From Octopus sinensis (Eukaryota), in assembly GCF_006345805.1 (NCBI RefSeq), contig NC_043002.1, forward strand, positions 66,526,001-66,590,000: a DNA stretch of 64,000 nt, in the 5' to 3' direction. The notes below the pieces were generated by a model, which was given only the letters and a program-made list of their open reading frames with translations, was not told the origin of the DNA and did no database searches. Made by a program: the position numbers and the translations under genes. Positions 39,204-51,487 of this stretch are shown here, in pieces. Each line of letters opens with the position of its first letter. Positions within the stretch are counted from its first letter, which is position 1.

Positions 39204-41006
39204 GTTAATAAAATAGAACATATGCATATATATAAACATAATGTACGTACCTACCTCTACATGTACATATACACGCATATATGTGTACAGGACACCAAAA
39301 AACGTCGAACACATAGAGAGACGAAAAACATAGACACAAACCAAGGAACAAGACAAGCAAAAAAGAGATACAGAACAATAAGCACAACGAAAAATCCCCT
39401 TCTTCAGTCGCTAAGGTTTCATCTACTAAACGTTTCGAAGGATAAAGCGAGACGTATACTTCGAAGAAAACTTCCTCCTGCGAAAAGCAAATCAATTAAA
39501 ATTCTGAGATCTTTTCGCAGAGGGGTAAAAAAAGCAAGACGGTAACGACAGTACAAACATATAAACAGTAAAAAATATATATATAAACAGTGGAAAAATA
39601 AATATATATATATATACACGCACGCACACATACGTTTATCTGTGTGTATGTATGTGTGTGTTTGTGTGTGTGTGTGTGTACTGCATGGAAACCCATCTTT
39701 CATGATCCGGTAGACTTTAATATTTTATTTCCCATTTCTATATTTTTATTATTATTTTTATCGTTATTATTATTGTTATTGTTGTTGTTGTTGTTCTCTT
39801 CCTCCTCCTTGTCGTCGTCATCGTCCTGCTGCTGCTGCTGCTGCACCTCCCCCTCTTCCTCCAACAACATCAACAACTTTCTTCAATGACCACGATATTT
39901 TAATATCCCACCTCAAATCCTCTTTTCTGCTTTTCTTCTCTTTCCGATTATTTGTAATCCCCAGATCGTGCAATATCTATGATCAGACATTATTTAAAAA
40001 TTCTTTTCCTCTTTATTCACGACTACTTTCAGTGTTCAATTTGATAATCACATTGGATCCTTACATCCCACAGTATCTTAATCTTGATATACTTGATTAC
40101 TCCTTCCCGAATCATAAAAGATAAAGATCCTTCCCGAATCATAAAATCTCACAGGGTCGGTTTACTCGGTTTCCGTTGCGCATATATTCCCCCTGGACGG
40201 GATGGTAGTCCGTAGCAGGGTTACTCATTTTTTTCTTGGTGAGTGGACAGGGGCAACGTGAAATTAAGTGTTTTGCTCAAGAACACGATTCATCGTCCGG
40301 TCCAGGAATCGAAACCATAATATTACGATCATGACTCCAACACCTTAACCACTAAGCTATTTGCCTCTGGGGTTTGCCCATACCTCATTTTTTGTTCTAC
40401 TCAATCTATGCTTATCACACAGCTTCCAATGAATCATTCTTGCGACTCAGTTGTGTCTTTTGTACTTAGTTTGGGCCAGCTTCGTGCACTCATTCATAAT
40501 ATACCATACAGTCTCACCTTCATCACTGCACAACTTACCTTAGTTACTTTCTGCTGTGTTATCAGTCCTGCATTTAATGCAATTTGTCCTAACTGCCTGT
40601 TCCTGCGCAGCACAGATCAGCGTTTTGGTATCTGGCTTCACCTGACTCTTCCTTGTTTCGGCGTCCATATTCCTGTTCATCTCATTCTCTCTCTCGTTCT
40701 CTCCCAAACGGTTTTTCTTTTATTCTTTTACTTGTTTCAGTTATTTGACTGCGGCCATGCTCGGGATGGTCAAGGTTTTTTTTTTGCCAAAAAAAACCCC
40801 CCCAAAATAAGCAATATATATTTGTTCTTCACTCGTTTGTTACTGTTCTTATTTTAACTCATGTCCATTATCCGGAAATCTTTCGTCACACATCTGTGAC
40901 CTCTTCGAATCTCTTCCGGGATTCGAACTCACAACCTCACTACCGTGAGCTCGACGCTCTAACCACTGAGCTATGCGCCTTCACTGTTTTAGACATACAT
41001 ACATAC

Positions 41007-41044
<38 letters not shown>

Positions 41045-41061
41045 GTATATATATATGTATG

Positions 41062-41124
<63 letters not shown>

Positions 41125-41676
41125 ATATAAACAATTGCAGCGTGGAAGGTGTTTATAAACCATTTAAGAAACACACAAAAACCGTTAGATTCACTTCAAC
41201 ATTTAAAATTTAATTTGTCAAAATGTTTTTGTCGCTTTGAGACCGCGACCTGTTCACTAACAAAACTTCGTGCTGCATATATACATAGTATGTGGAGGTG
41301 CAATGCCTAGTAGGTAGGACAGCAGACTCGCGGATTCGATTCCCAGACCGGGCGTTGAGAGTGTGTATTGAGCGAAGACACCTAAAGCTCCACGAGGCTC
41401 CAGTAGGGTGTGGTGGCGAACCCTACTGTATTCTTTCACCACAACTTTCTCTAACTTTTTCTTCCTGTTTCTGTTGTACCTGTATTTCAAAGGACCGGCC
41501 TTGTCACACTCTGTCACGCTGAATCTCCCCGAGAACTACGTTAAGAGAACACGTGTCTGTGGAGTGCTCAGCCACTTGTACGTTAATTTCAGGAGCAGGT
41601 TGTTCGTTGATCGGATCAACTAGAACCCTCGTCGTCGTAACCGACGGAATGCCATGTATATATATATATTGCATAA

Positions 41677-42380
41677 GGCAGCAAGCTGGCAGAAACGTTA
41701 GCACGCCGGGCGAAATGCTTAGCTGTATTTCGCCTGCCGATTAAATAAGTACCAGTTACGCACTGGGGTCCATATAATCGACTTAATCCGTTTCTCTGTC
41801 CTTGTCTGTCCTCTCTGTGTTTAGCCCATTGTGGGTAGTAAAGAAATAGGTATTTCGTCTGCCGCTACGTTCTGAGTTCAAATTCCGCGGTCAACTTTGC
41901 CTTTCATCCTTTCGGGGTCGATTAAATAAGTACCAGTTACACACTGGGGTCGATATAATTGACTTAATTCGTTTGTCTGTCCTTGTTTGTCCCCTCTGTG
42001 CGTAGCCCCTTGTGGGCAGTAAAGAAATAGGTATTTCGTCTGCCGCTACGTTCTGAGTTCAAATTCTGCGGAGGTCAACTTTGCCTTTCATCCTTTCGGG
42101 GTCGATTAAATAAGTACCAGTTACACACTGGGGTCGATATAATTGACTTAATTCGTTTGTCTGTCCTTGTTTGTCCCCTCTGTGCGTAGCCCCTTGTGGG
42201 CAGTAAAGAAATAGGCATTTCGTCTGTCTATATGTTCTGAGTTCAAATTCCACCTAGGTCGACTTTGCCTTTCATCCTTTCGGGGTCGATAAATGAAGTA
42301 CCAGTTGCATACTGGGGTCGGTCTAATCGACTAGCCTCCCTCCCTCAAAATTTCGGGCATTGTGCCTAGAGTAGAAAAGA
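41677..42380 (+). mobile_element. Multimeric S1 SINE with ~182-bp tandem units
   Basis: The AAGAAATAGG junction recurs at 41841, 42022 and 42206. Confidence 0.85.
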
Positions 42381-42923
42381 TTATATATATATGCAGTATG
42401 TTTGTTATTGAGTGAGAGAGCAGTACATGTTGTCAAAGTGACACTGGGGTACAAATATACGAAGCACAGTATACCCATCATGTCTACCCGTCTGATAAGG
42501 GTACACCAGGCACATGCATCACAACCATGTGTGCGTGTCATGGTGATCTCATATCAAGATAAACAGTGCATGACGTTGCAGGTGAAGGCCCACTTAGAAT
42601 TTTCATTAGGTCGAGTATCCCATTGAGTTCAAAGGGTCCCTGAATAAGGGTTGTTTAAGGATATTGAACGAAATACCCATGTTTCCAAAGGTGAATTATC
42701 CAAAGAATTCCCCTCGACGCATGGCTATGATGCTCCTCCACTACTTCTGCTCGTGATCAGAGATGCACATATTGTCAGTCACCAAGGGACATGCTCAACT
42801 GGTTATGGTCAAACAACTGACAAGCAAAGCTGTGGTATTGAGCAGAATATTTGCTGTAGCCCATCTTTTATGTTTGTATGTATGTATGTATGTATGTATG
42901 TATGTATGTATGTATCCGTGTAC

Positions 42924-42963
<40 letters not shown>

Positions 42964-43798
42964 ATGTATGTATGTATGTATGTATGTATGCATGTATGTA
43001 TGTATGTATGTATGTATGTATGTATGTATGTATGTATGTATGTATGTATGTATGTAGCTTGGTTTCATTTCCAGGCGTCTCTTCCCATTAGATGTACTTA
43101 TATATCACTGTCTACACTACTGTTCTGAGCCTGATTCTTCTTTAATTGCTTTCCGTAAACAAAAAGTTTTTTCAGAATAACTTCAAAATTTTTACACACA
43201 CACGGGCACACACGCGCAGATACACACCACAGACACTGAAAGAATTTGTCTGAGATAACATCATTCATTACAACGGCGCGATGCTGAAGAATTCCGCTCA
43301 CGAAATATTTATAAATCTTCACCTTTCACCTCTCAATATATCATTCTGTCTGCTATTTCTTTGTGTGTATGTGTGTATGAACGGGTTCTTCCGTTGCCCA
43401 TTAATCCGATTTGAGATAGGTAGACACATAAATTGTACTTGCTTTGTAAAGTTGAACAGAACAAGTTCCAATAGTATTTAACGAGATTGGGTGATATATA
43501 GTTTATGTATAATATGTAGTAATATATGTAATACATTTAGAATATAGAATATACATCTAAAACGTAGAATATCGATAAGCTGCAGGTGGGTACTTTGGCT
43601 TTAACTCGTCCTTCTATTGCGTTTGGTTTTTACTTTTTCTTTCTCTCTTTCCTCTTGACAATGTCTTAAATGTCATCATTAATTCGGCTATCATTAGTAA
43701 TTAGAAGAGTAATGGTAGTTAACAACCAGTTGGGAACATCTTGGAGAATCTCTGATACCCATTCCATATAGTGTTATCAAATCTCAACAATAAAAAAT

Positions 43799-43918
43799 AA
43801 TAGACAGAGAACAGCACATATGCTAGGACACAGCAACCTCCTAAGCAGACCGAGTGCAGATATGAATAGCATATGGGAACCGGTATTAAGGGAAGATAGG
43901 AAAATATTAGATTTATAA
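43799..43918 (+). pseudogene. Possible Penelope-like GIY-YIG C-terminal remnant
   Basis: NRQRTAHMLGHSNLLSRPSADMNSIWEPVLRE resembles the R..E.AH...(I)SQPS....IW.P.I ending I recall from PLE ORFs; not searched. Confidence 0.3.
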
Positions 43919-43946
43919 GCTCTAAAATTTACCCCATAATTGCCCA

Positions 43947-44166
43947 CGGGCATATGGCATAGTGGTTAAGAGCGCGGGTTACTAACCCCAAATTCCGAGT
44001 TCGATACCTGAATAATAATAATAATAATAATATAAATAATAATAGTAACATCGAAAAATACCTTAGGAATGAGAACCAAGGTTCGAAATTTCCCCAGGGT
44101 GTATCAGCCGAAACGTTGTGTTAACAACAAACAAGATGAGGACAAATATCCGTCAAATGTAAATAA
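43947..44166 (+). mobile_element. tRNA-headed SINE with an internal (AAT)n
   Basis: TGGCATAGTGGTTAAG A box and GAGTTCGAT B box. Confidence 0.7.
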
Positions 44167-44617
44167 GGAGATTCTTGAACCAGTATCTTGTTATAAAACC
44201 TGGGCTTGGAGCTTTACCTTGTTATAAAAGCTAGGCTAGGAGCTTTTCGCTGTTATTTTCTTGAAGAGTTGTTCTTCAGTACTGATCTGCATACATGAAA
44301 GTATGTTTTCTTTTATTTCTAATTATTTCAAGTCTAATTATTTCCTGTAATGAAGAAGCTCATTTTCAACAAAGATAGAAAGCTGTATTGTTGGAATGTA
44401 GACAATAAAAACAAATTCACATTTTGGACTTGAGAAAAGTTTTGCGTATTTTTAGTACTTCTAGTGTAGGTATCGGTGTTAATGTTGTTATCGATATCAA
44501 CCATAATCGTATAAGCGGAATTCCTCGGGGTGTAAAATATATTTTGTGATCCGGTTTGAATACCATTGAGTTGGTAAGTAGTAAGTAAATGGAGTTTCTT
44601 TCATTTATAAGAGAAGT

Positions 44618-44941
44618 GAAGGGGTGTGGCTTAGTGGTTAGGGCATTCGGCTCACGATCGTAAGGTCGTAAGTTCAATCACCGGCGACGCGTTGTGTCCT
44701 TGAGCATGACACTTTATTTCACGATGCTCCAGTCCACTCAGTTGGTAAAAATGAGTAGTACCTGTATTTCAAAGGGTCAACCTTGTCACACTCTGTGTCA
44801 CGCTGAATCTTCCTGAGAACTACGTTAGTGGTACACGTGTCTGTGGATTGCTCAGCCACTTGCACGTTAATTTCCCGAGCAAGCTGCTCCGTTGATCTTA
44901 TCAGCTGAGACCCTCGTCGTCGTAACCGACGGAGTACTCCA
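44618..44941 (+). mobile_element. S4 tRNA-derived SINE (related pieces at about 8255, 20040, 40140, 41295 and 46680)
   Basis: TGGCTTAGTGG A box, AGTTCAATC B box and a shared tail ending GTCGTAACCGACGGAGT. Confidence 0.8.
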
Positions 44942-45260
44942 TTTTTAACGGGCCACTACGCCTGCTCGTCTGATGTTAACGGCGCTGTAATGCATGCATG
45001 CATGCATGTATGTATGTATGTATGTATGTATGTATGTATGTATGTATGTATGTATGTATGTATACTTAGCCTTTTTATTAGCTAGAATAACTTCCCAGAA
45101 GAAAGGAACTGGTTTCTTTCTACCAAAGAAGCAACAGCTCCATAGCTGGAATAACAGCAATACAGTCTTGCATACTTTAACTGTTCCACTTACAGACTAT
45201 ATCTACAAAGTGCGTGATGTCTTTCTTTACGTGAAAAATTTTAATATGTATGTATGTATG

Positions 45261-45367
45261 TATAATTATCCCTCGCCATATCACACTTCACTTATCGCGG
45301 TTTATTATTTAAGCTTACGTCGATTCCTCCGTGGTGTTTTGCGTTTATAATACAATAATTATATACA

Positions 45368-45423
<56 letters not shown>

Positions 45424-45516
45424 AGTACAGTACAGTACTGTTTCTACTTCGCGGATTTTTACTTGTCGCGGGGGATTGTGGAACGCAACACCCGCGATAG
45501 TCAAGTGGTTACTGTA
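45261..45516. mobile_element. Tigger/pogo-like MITE
   Basis: Degenerate termini TATAATTATCCCTCGC ... CCGCGATAGTCAAGTGGTTACTGTA; subterminal TTCGCGG motifs. Confidence 0.55.
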
Positions 45517-45782
45517 CTTTCTTTTCTCATTTATTAGAAATCTTTCTGGAAGGGAGGGGCTGTTTTTTTTTTTTTTGTAACAAAGATGCAAAAGCTCTGC
45601 CGCTGGACAACAATAACTGTTATAGTGTCAACAACAATATTGTTATAGCATATTTCTACTGTTTCACTTACATTAAAGCGTGTATTAACCGGTCTCTTCC
45701 TTTGCTTGACAATACAAGTTTATCCAGATTGTCTTTTTGCCATTTACTAACAACAAAATTTGGTATCTTTACCTTTTGACCA

Positions 45783-46223
45783 ACAGATTTAAAAAATAAT
45801 TTTTTGTAACTAAACACTTTCAGACTTCGGACACTGGTAGAATGTGTCATATATAACTTCCGGCGGTGTATATTTCGTTTGTCACTGTTATTTATGACAA
45901 CCCTAATCCTAAAATACTAACCCTAACCCTAAAACCTTAAAACCAGTACAACCGCAAGAACGATGTCATAAATAACAGTGACAAACGAAAAATACAGCGC
46001 TGATAGTTTCTGTCGACAAACAACAGCAGTAATTTTATTCAGCTGAATACACGTCATTGATTGGTTGAAATTACCGAAATACGAGAACTTTAACGTGAAA
46101 TAACTTCGTAAATATAAGTTTTTCTCAAAAATGCTAAGAGTAAAAGATATTTTATATGACACATTCTACCAGTGTCCGAAGTTTGAAAGTGTTTAGTTAC
46201 AAGAAATTATCTTTTAAATCTGT
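45783..46223. mobile_element. Nested fold-back element with a telomere-like loop
   Basis: Outer ~70-bp IR (45783-45853 / about 46153-46223); inner perfect 27-bp IR (45873-45899 / 45964-45990); loop containing CCCTAATCCTAA..CTAACCCTAACCCTAAA. Confidence 0.8.
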
Positions 46224-46918
46224 CGATCCAAAATTTGTATATGTGGGCATGTATGTTTGCATGTATGTGTGCATAAGAGAGCATAGCATTTTATGTTCCT
46301 GAGAGAAGAGACGCATCTCTTGAAGACGTCCCCAGGAGAAACTAGTGCTTTGATTGGAAACGTTTGTAATAACTTCCAAGTATTCTTCTATGCAGAAAAT
46401 TAGCTTTGGATTTCTAAAAGCATAAAATACTGGAGAAATACCAACTAAGTAATGAAGGGTATCGATGCTACCTTCTGGGTATATCAGAGAAAGCTTCGAG
46501 AGTTTGTTGTACCTTCTAAACAAATCCAAGTTAAACTTCAACATAGAAGTTTAGCTTCAACACTACTGTCATAAACGATAATTTCGCTGGGGAGATTACC
46601 AGCACAAAAATGTTTGTGCGCGTGTGTGTATGTGTATATATGTATATATATAAATAAAAATAAATGCACCCTTTTAAAGCCTAGCCATGGGCCCGGTTTC
46701 CTGGTTTATGTGGCTTATGTGCTCCCCAGCTGGACGGGACGTCAGTCCATTGCAGCGTTACTCATTTTTGCCAGCTGAGTGGACTGGAGCAACGTGAAAA
46801 GAAGTGTTTTTTCTCAAGAACACAACGCGTCGCCCGGTCCAGAAATCGAAACCACACTCTTACGATCATGATGCTGACACCCTAACCACTAAGCCAGGCG
46901 CCTCCACATGTATATCTA

Positions 46919-47032
<114 letters not shown>

Positions 47033-47037
47033 CAGAC

Positions 47038-47068
<31 letters not shown>

Positions 47069-47709
47069 TGTATGTATGTATGTATGTATGTATGTATGCA
47101 TGTTTGTATTTACGTCATTGTCTTCATTAGAAAAACAGCTGTTTCTGCCGTAAGAAGCTGTGCACACAGATGAAAATAAGACATTGTGTAGAAAACTATA
47201 GAACAACCAAAGACGAAGAGGGAGAGTGAGAGAGGGAGAGAGAGAGAGAAGAATTATGTAATGGACAGAAAGTAAATATAGAGATAAAGAAAGGCAAAAG
47301 AGAAATGGACGAGTGAGAGACAAAACTAGATACGTACGAGCAATTATTGCTTATCAATAGCAACACGAAGACGATGGAGGATGTTAGACTATTCATGCCA
47401 CATCCCTGTTTACCGGTAACAATATGCAATTTTAAAGTTTACATCTGCTCAAATAAATCTATTAACGGTTGTAAATCACACGCTCGTTCACTCGTGCACA
47501 CACACGCACACGCACAGAAGAGTTTGTGCGTACATGTGTGTGTGTTGCTGTCAATGCACACATTCCGGCTTTGGCATAAAGTACAGGCTGCGAACAATAA
47601 CATATTGGTCGGTTCATTTTAAACTTAATCTTTTTTGCGGAAGCCTTTTCATTTATTTATCTACCTATTTATTTATTTATTTATTTATTTATTATTTATT
47701 TATTTATTA

Positions 47710-48033
47710 CTAGCACTATGACCCGGCGTTGCCAGGTCACAGTGCTAGTGCATGCATATACAGCTGCGTGCGTGCACACATACACGCGAGTACTGTCCAA
47801 ATCTCCGACCAATCACATGCAACTAGCTGGCATTCAATTGGCGTATCAAGTTTCGGGCATTTTGATTGGGTTTTGGATAGAAAATTCACAAAAAGTCACT
47901 TCTATTGATTTTTTAATGGCTTTGCGGGGTGACTGGGGAAATATAAAGATGTGCACGACAACCCTTGGACGGTTTTGAATGACCATAGAAAGTGCGAGCC
48001 CTCTAACTGAAAAATTATAGATTTGTATAAAGG

Positions 48034-48084
<51 letters not shown>

Positions 48085-48119
48085 ACACACACATTTTGCC
48101 GTTTATATATAGATATAGA
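47710..48119 (-). mobile_element. Non-autonomous Helitron-like element
   Basis: 5' A|TCTATATCTATATATAAA; 3' hairpin plus CTAG|T, similar to the 20352 copy. Confidence 0.7.
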
Positions 48120-48229
48120 TAACGTTAAGCTCTACACACAGACACCAGCTCGGACAAATACAAACACGGACACATTTGCACATCTCTCTACCTTTCTATC
48201 GACCAGTCTACCTGTCTGTCTGTCCGTTT

Positions 48230-48285
48230 GTCTGTCTGTTTGCCTCTGTCTATTAATCGATCTCCCTGTTCTGCTTATCTGTTTG

Positions 48286-48360
<75 letters not shown>

Positions 48361-48495
48361 GTCTGTCTCTCTGTCTGTCTATCTATGTCTGTCTGTCTGT
48401 CTGTCTGTCTATCTGTCTGTCTATGTCTATCTGTATATCTATCCGTCTGTCTATGTCTATCTGTCTGCTTGTCTACCTATCAATCAATCAATCAC

Positions 48496-48592
<97 letters not shown>

Positions 48593-48680
48593 CTATCTAT
48601 ATATCTCACCGTCTGTGTGTATGCATTTCTGTCTGTCTGCCTGTCTGTATGTCCGCCTATCCCTATATCCATTTGTCTCT
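48230..48680 (+). repeat. (TCTA)n/(TCTG)n compound microsatellite
   Basis: Direct reading. Confidence 0.92.
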
Positions 48681-49399
48681 GTGTATGTATAGATGATTAT
48701 ATACATGTGTGAATGTGCATGCATGTGAATATGTACAATGAGACAAGTCTGGAAAGAGTAGGAGTGGGAACAGCTCCAAATTCTTTACTTGTTGTGGATG
48801 TGCTGTCTGATAAAGCAACGGAATGGGGGAGAGTTGCAGCATTTTTGAATCCACGGGAGATGATATGCTTGAAATTAATTTCATTCAGACAAAAAAGAAA
48901 AAAAAAAGTTTTGTTAAATAAAGATGGTGGTACACTGATCAACATCCGAGGAAAGAATGAATCTCTCTGCGGTTGTTCTTGTAAGTTGTCGGAGCAAGTT
49001 TTTTGTCTAATGCTAAAGTCTTCCTACATTTCTTGGAGAACAGATCATGAAGTACTGCCTGACTTCATCTAAGATAAAGATGACAAATGAAAAAGAGCCC
49101 ACTAAGGTAGAGTGCAGAGGCGAGATGTTTAATGTATTGAACTATACCTACTAGTAGGTTATGGTTTCAAATCCACTGCAAGGGTTTTATCATTTTTTTC
49201 CTTGTGGGCTTAACACTTTACATAACATCAATTTAGTTAATTGTTAGAAAAAGGTGCAGAACACATGGGAACGTTATAGATAAATACGGGTATATCTTCG
49301 GCTGTTATCGGCATTTCCCAGAATTATCGGCATGTCACTGAGATAGGAGGTGAAATGCACCACTATCCCGGAACCACCGCTGAAATTCCGCACACATCT

Positions 49400-49712
49400 G
49401 CATGGACTTAGTTATCATGCGCTCATCACAGCCCGTCAAAGACCGAATTAGTAGAAAATACTCAATGATCTGATGGTTCATAAATAACCTGAAGCAATTC
49501 TTCCGAACGTTAGAAGGAGACAATAGGGAAAATGTTGCTCCTGATGCAAATCAAGCCAAGGAGTTCGGGAGCGGATTATGGGGAAACAATGTGGTGCATA
49601 AAAGGGATGCAATGTGGATAGGAATTATCAAGACAGAATTACAAGGAGGAAAGAAACAAAGAACTATTGTCATAATCACGGATGACGTGAAAGAACAAGT
49701 GGGTAATAATAT
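49400..49712 (+). mobile_element. R4/Dong-like LINE pre-RT fragment
   Basis: NNLKQFFRTLEG..PDANQAKEF..GLWGNNVVHKRDAMW..IKTEL..Q..I.ITDDV. Confidence 0.55.
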
Positions 49713-49801
49713 GTATTCTCCAATTTATGGGGTACACATGCCTCTGTTGTTGTTGGAGATGAAACTGCAGTTTTATTAAATATAACAATAATGTTAATAA
49801 T

Positions 49802-50067
49802 ATTATATAGGACTGAGGTAACTCCTCCAGAAGTTACACAGAAATAGAAAATAGAAGAGTGCCATAGTTATCATGTGAAATTGGTTGAACGATATTTCGG
49901 CATCAAGTGTGCCTTCCACAGGTTCGAAATTTACATGTCAGTCTATTTCATTCTTTTTTTTTTTTTGTTAAGATTATATAGGACTGAGGTAACTCCTCCA
50001 GAAGTTACACCGAAATAAAAAAAATAGAAGAGTGCCATAGTTATCATGTGAAATTGGTTGAAAGATA
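49802..50067 (+). repeat. ~93-bp direct repeat with a 171-bp period
   Basis: 49802-49894 is nearly identical to 49973-50067. Confidence 0.9.
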
Positions 50068-50069
50068 AT

Positions 50070-50657
50070 AATCCCTTCTACTATTGGCACAAGGCCTGAA
50101 ATTTGGGAGGAGGGGAGGTTAGTCGATTACATTGACCCCAGTGTTTCACTGGTACTTAATTTATCGACCCCGAAAGGATGAAAGGCAAAGTTGACCTCGG
50201 CGGAATTTAAATTCAGGACTCTTTCAGACGGACGAAATACCTATTTCTTTACTACCCACTAGGGGCTAAACACAGCAGGGACAACAAGGACAGACAAACG
50301 GATTAAGTCGATTATATCGACTCCAGTGAGTAACTGGTACTTAATTCAATCGACCCTGAAAGGATGAAAGGCATAGTCAACCTCGGCGGAATTTGAACTC
50401 AGAACGTAGCGGCAGACGAAATACCTATTTCTTTACTACCCACAAGGGGCTAAACACAGAGAGGACAAACAAGGACAGGCAAACGGATTAAATCGATTAC
50501 ATCGACGCCAGTGCGTAACTGGTACTTAATTTATCGACCCCGAAAGGATGAAAGGCAAAGTCGACCTCGGCGGTATTTGAACTCAGAACGTAACGGCAGA
50601 CGAAATACCTCAAAGCATTTCGCCCGGCGTTCTAACGGTTCTGCCAGCTCACCGCCT
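50070..50657 (-). mobile_element. Multimeric S1 SINE
   Basis: Head at about 50657 with repeated B-box/body units. Confidence 0.8.
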
Positions 50658-50689
50658 AATCGCCACCTTTAATAATAATAATAACAATA

Positions 50690-50883
50690 AATGCTCTTTA
50701 ATCGACACATCAATCCTGACATCATATCCCTAAAAGAAGCGGAGAAACTCTCGAAATAGAAAGATCTGGAAATAGAGATAACCCAATGTGGAGCCTGAAA
50801 ACAGAAACCCCTACAATAATAGGTGCATTAGGTATGATTAAAAAGCATACCGATAAATGCATAACCACAACGTCAGAACTTAC

Positions 50884-50914
<31 letters not shown>

Positions 50915-50980
50915 ACATACAGAAAATAGCGCTGCTAGATAGCACACACATCCTATGTAAAGCACTTTCAATACAGTGAA
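50690..50980 (+). mobile_element. R4/Dong-like LINE RLE C-terminal fragment containing a (TA)n expansion
   Basis: CSLID.SI..ISLKEAEKLSK.KDLEIEI..IIGALGMIKK..IQKIALL..HIL.KALSI. Confidence 0.75.
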
Positions 50981-51089
50981 AATAACAACACCAAGACAAA
51001 CCACAGCACATACACAAGACACACGGAGCTGCGACCTGTAACGCAGTGAAAGCATATGATAAAATTAAAACTATCGAATAATAATGATA

Positions 51090-51487
51090 TCTTTATATAT
51101 AAAAGAGAGGTTGTGTGCTGTTTGTCTCCTACGATTTAGATTCCTAACTACTCCCACATTTTGCGGTGCAGTTTAACCAAAACCGGGTATCTTATAGTCG
51201 TGATTCATATCGAGCCCTTCTGGGTATTAGCGCGCGTCTACGATGAGTCTACGATTTAAAAAAAAAAATTACCATCAATTTTTCCCATTTTTAATGCATT
51301 TTTGGCATATATAAGGGAAGTAACTCTCTAAAATTTTATTAAGAAAAATCAGAACGTAAAAAGCTACAGTAACCCCCCCCCCTTTGTGGTTAGCCATATT
51401 GAGATGGCTATTATACTTTACATCTCTAAAAATGCTTATATAGTTATTTCCCTTACAAACCCGAGCAACGCCGGGCGATACTGCTAG
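51090..51487 (+). mobile_element. Non-autonomous Helitron
   Basis: A|TC...CCCGAGCAACGCCGGG hairpin...CTAG|T. Confidence 0.78.

Noticed and set aside
44085-44125. CAGCC-GAAA-CG-TT half hammerhead in a SINE tail
   Set aside because: The CTGANGA strand is absent in this copy.
46197-46544. 115-aa minus-strand ORF
   Set aside because: No recognisable motif; it runs into microsatellite.
48697-49072. Overlapping ORFs on both strands as a possible exon
   Set aside because: No convincing splice pair or homology.
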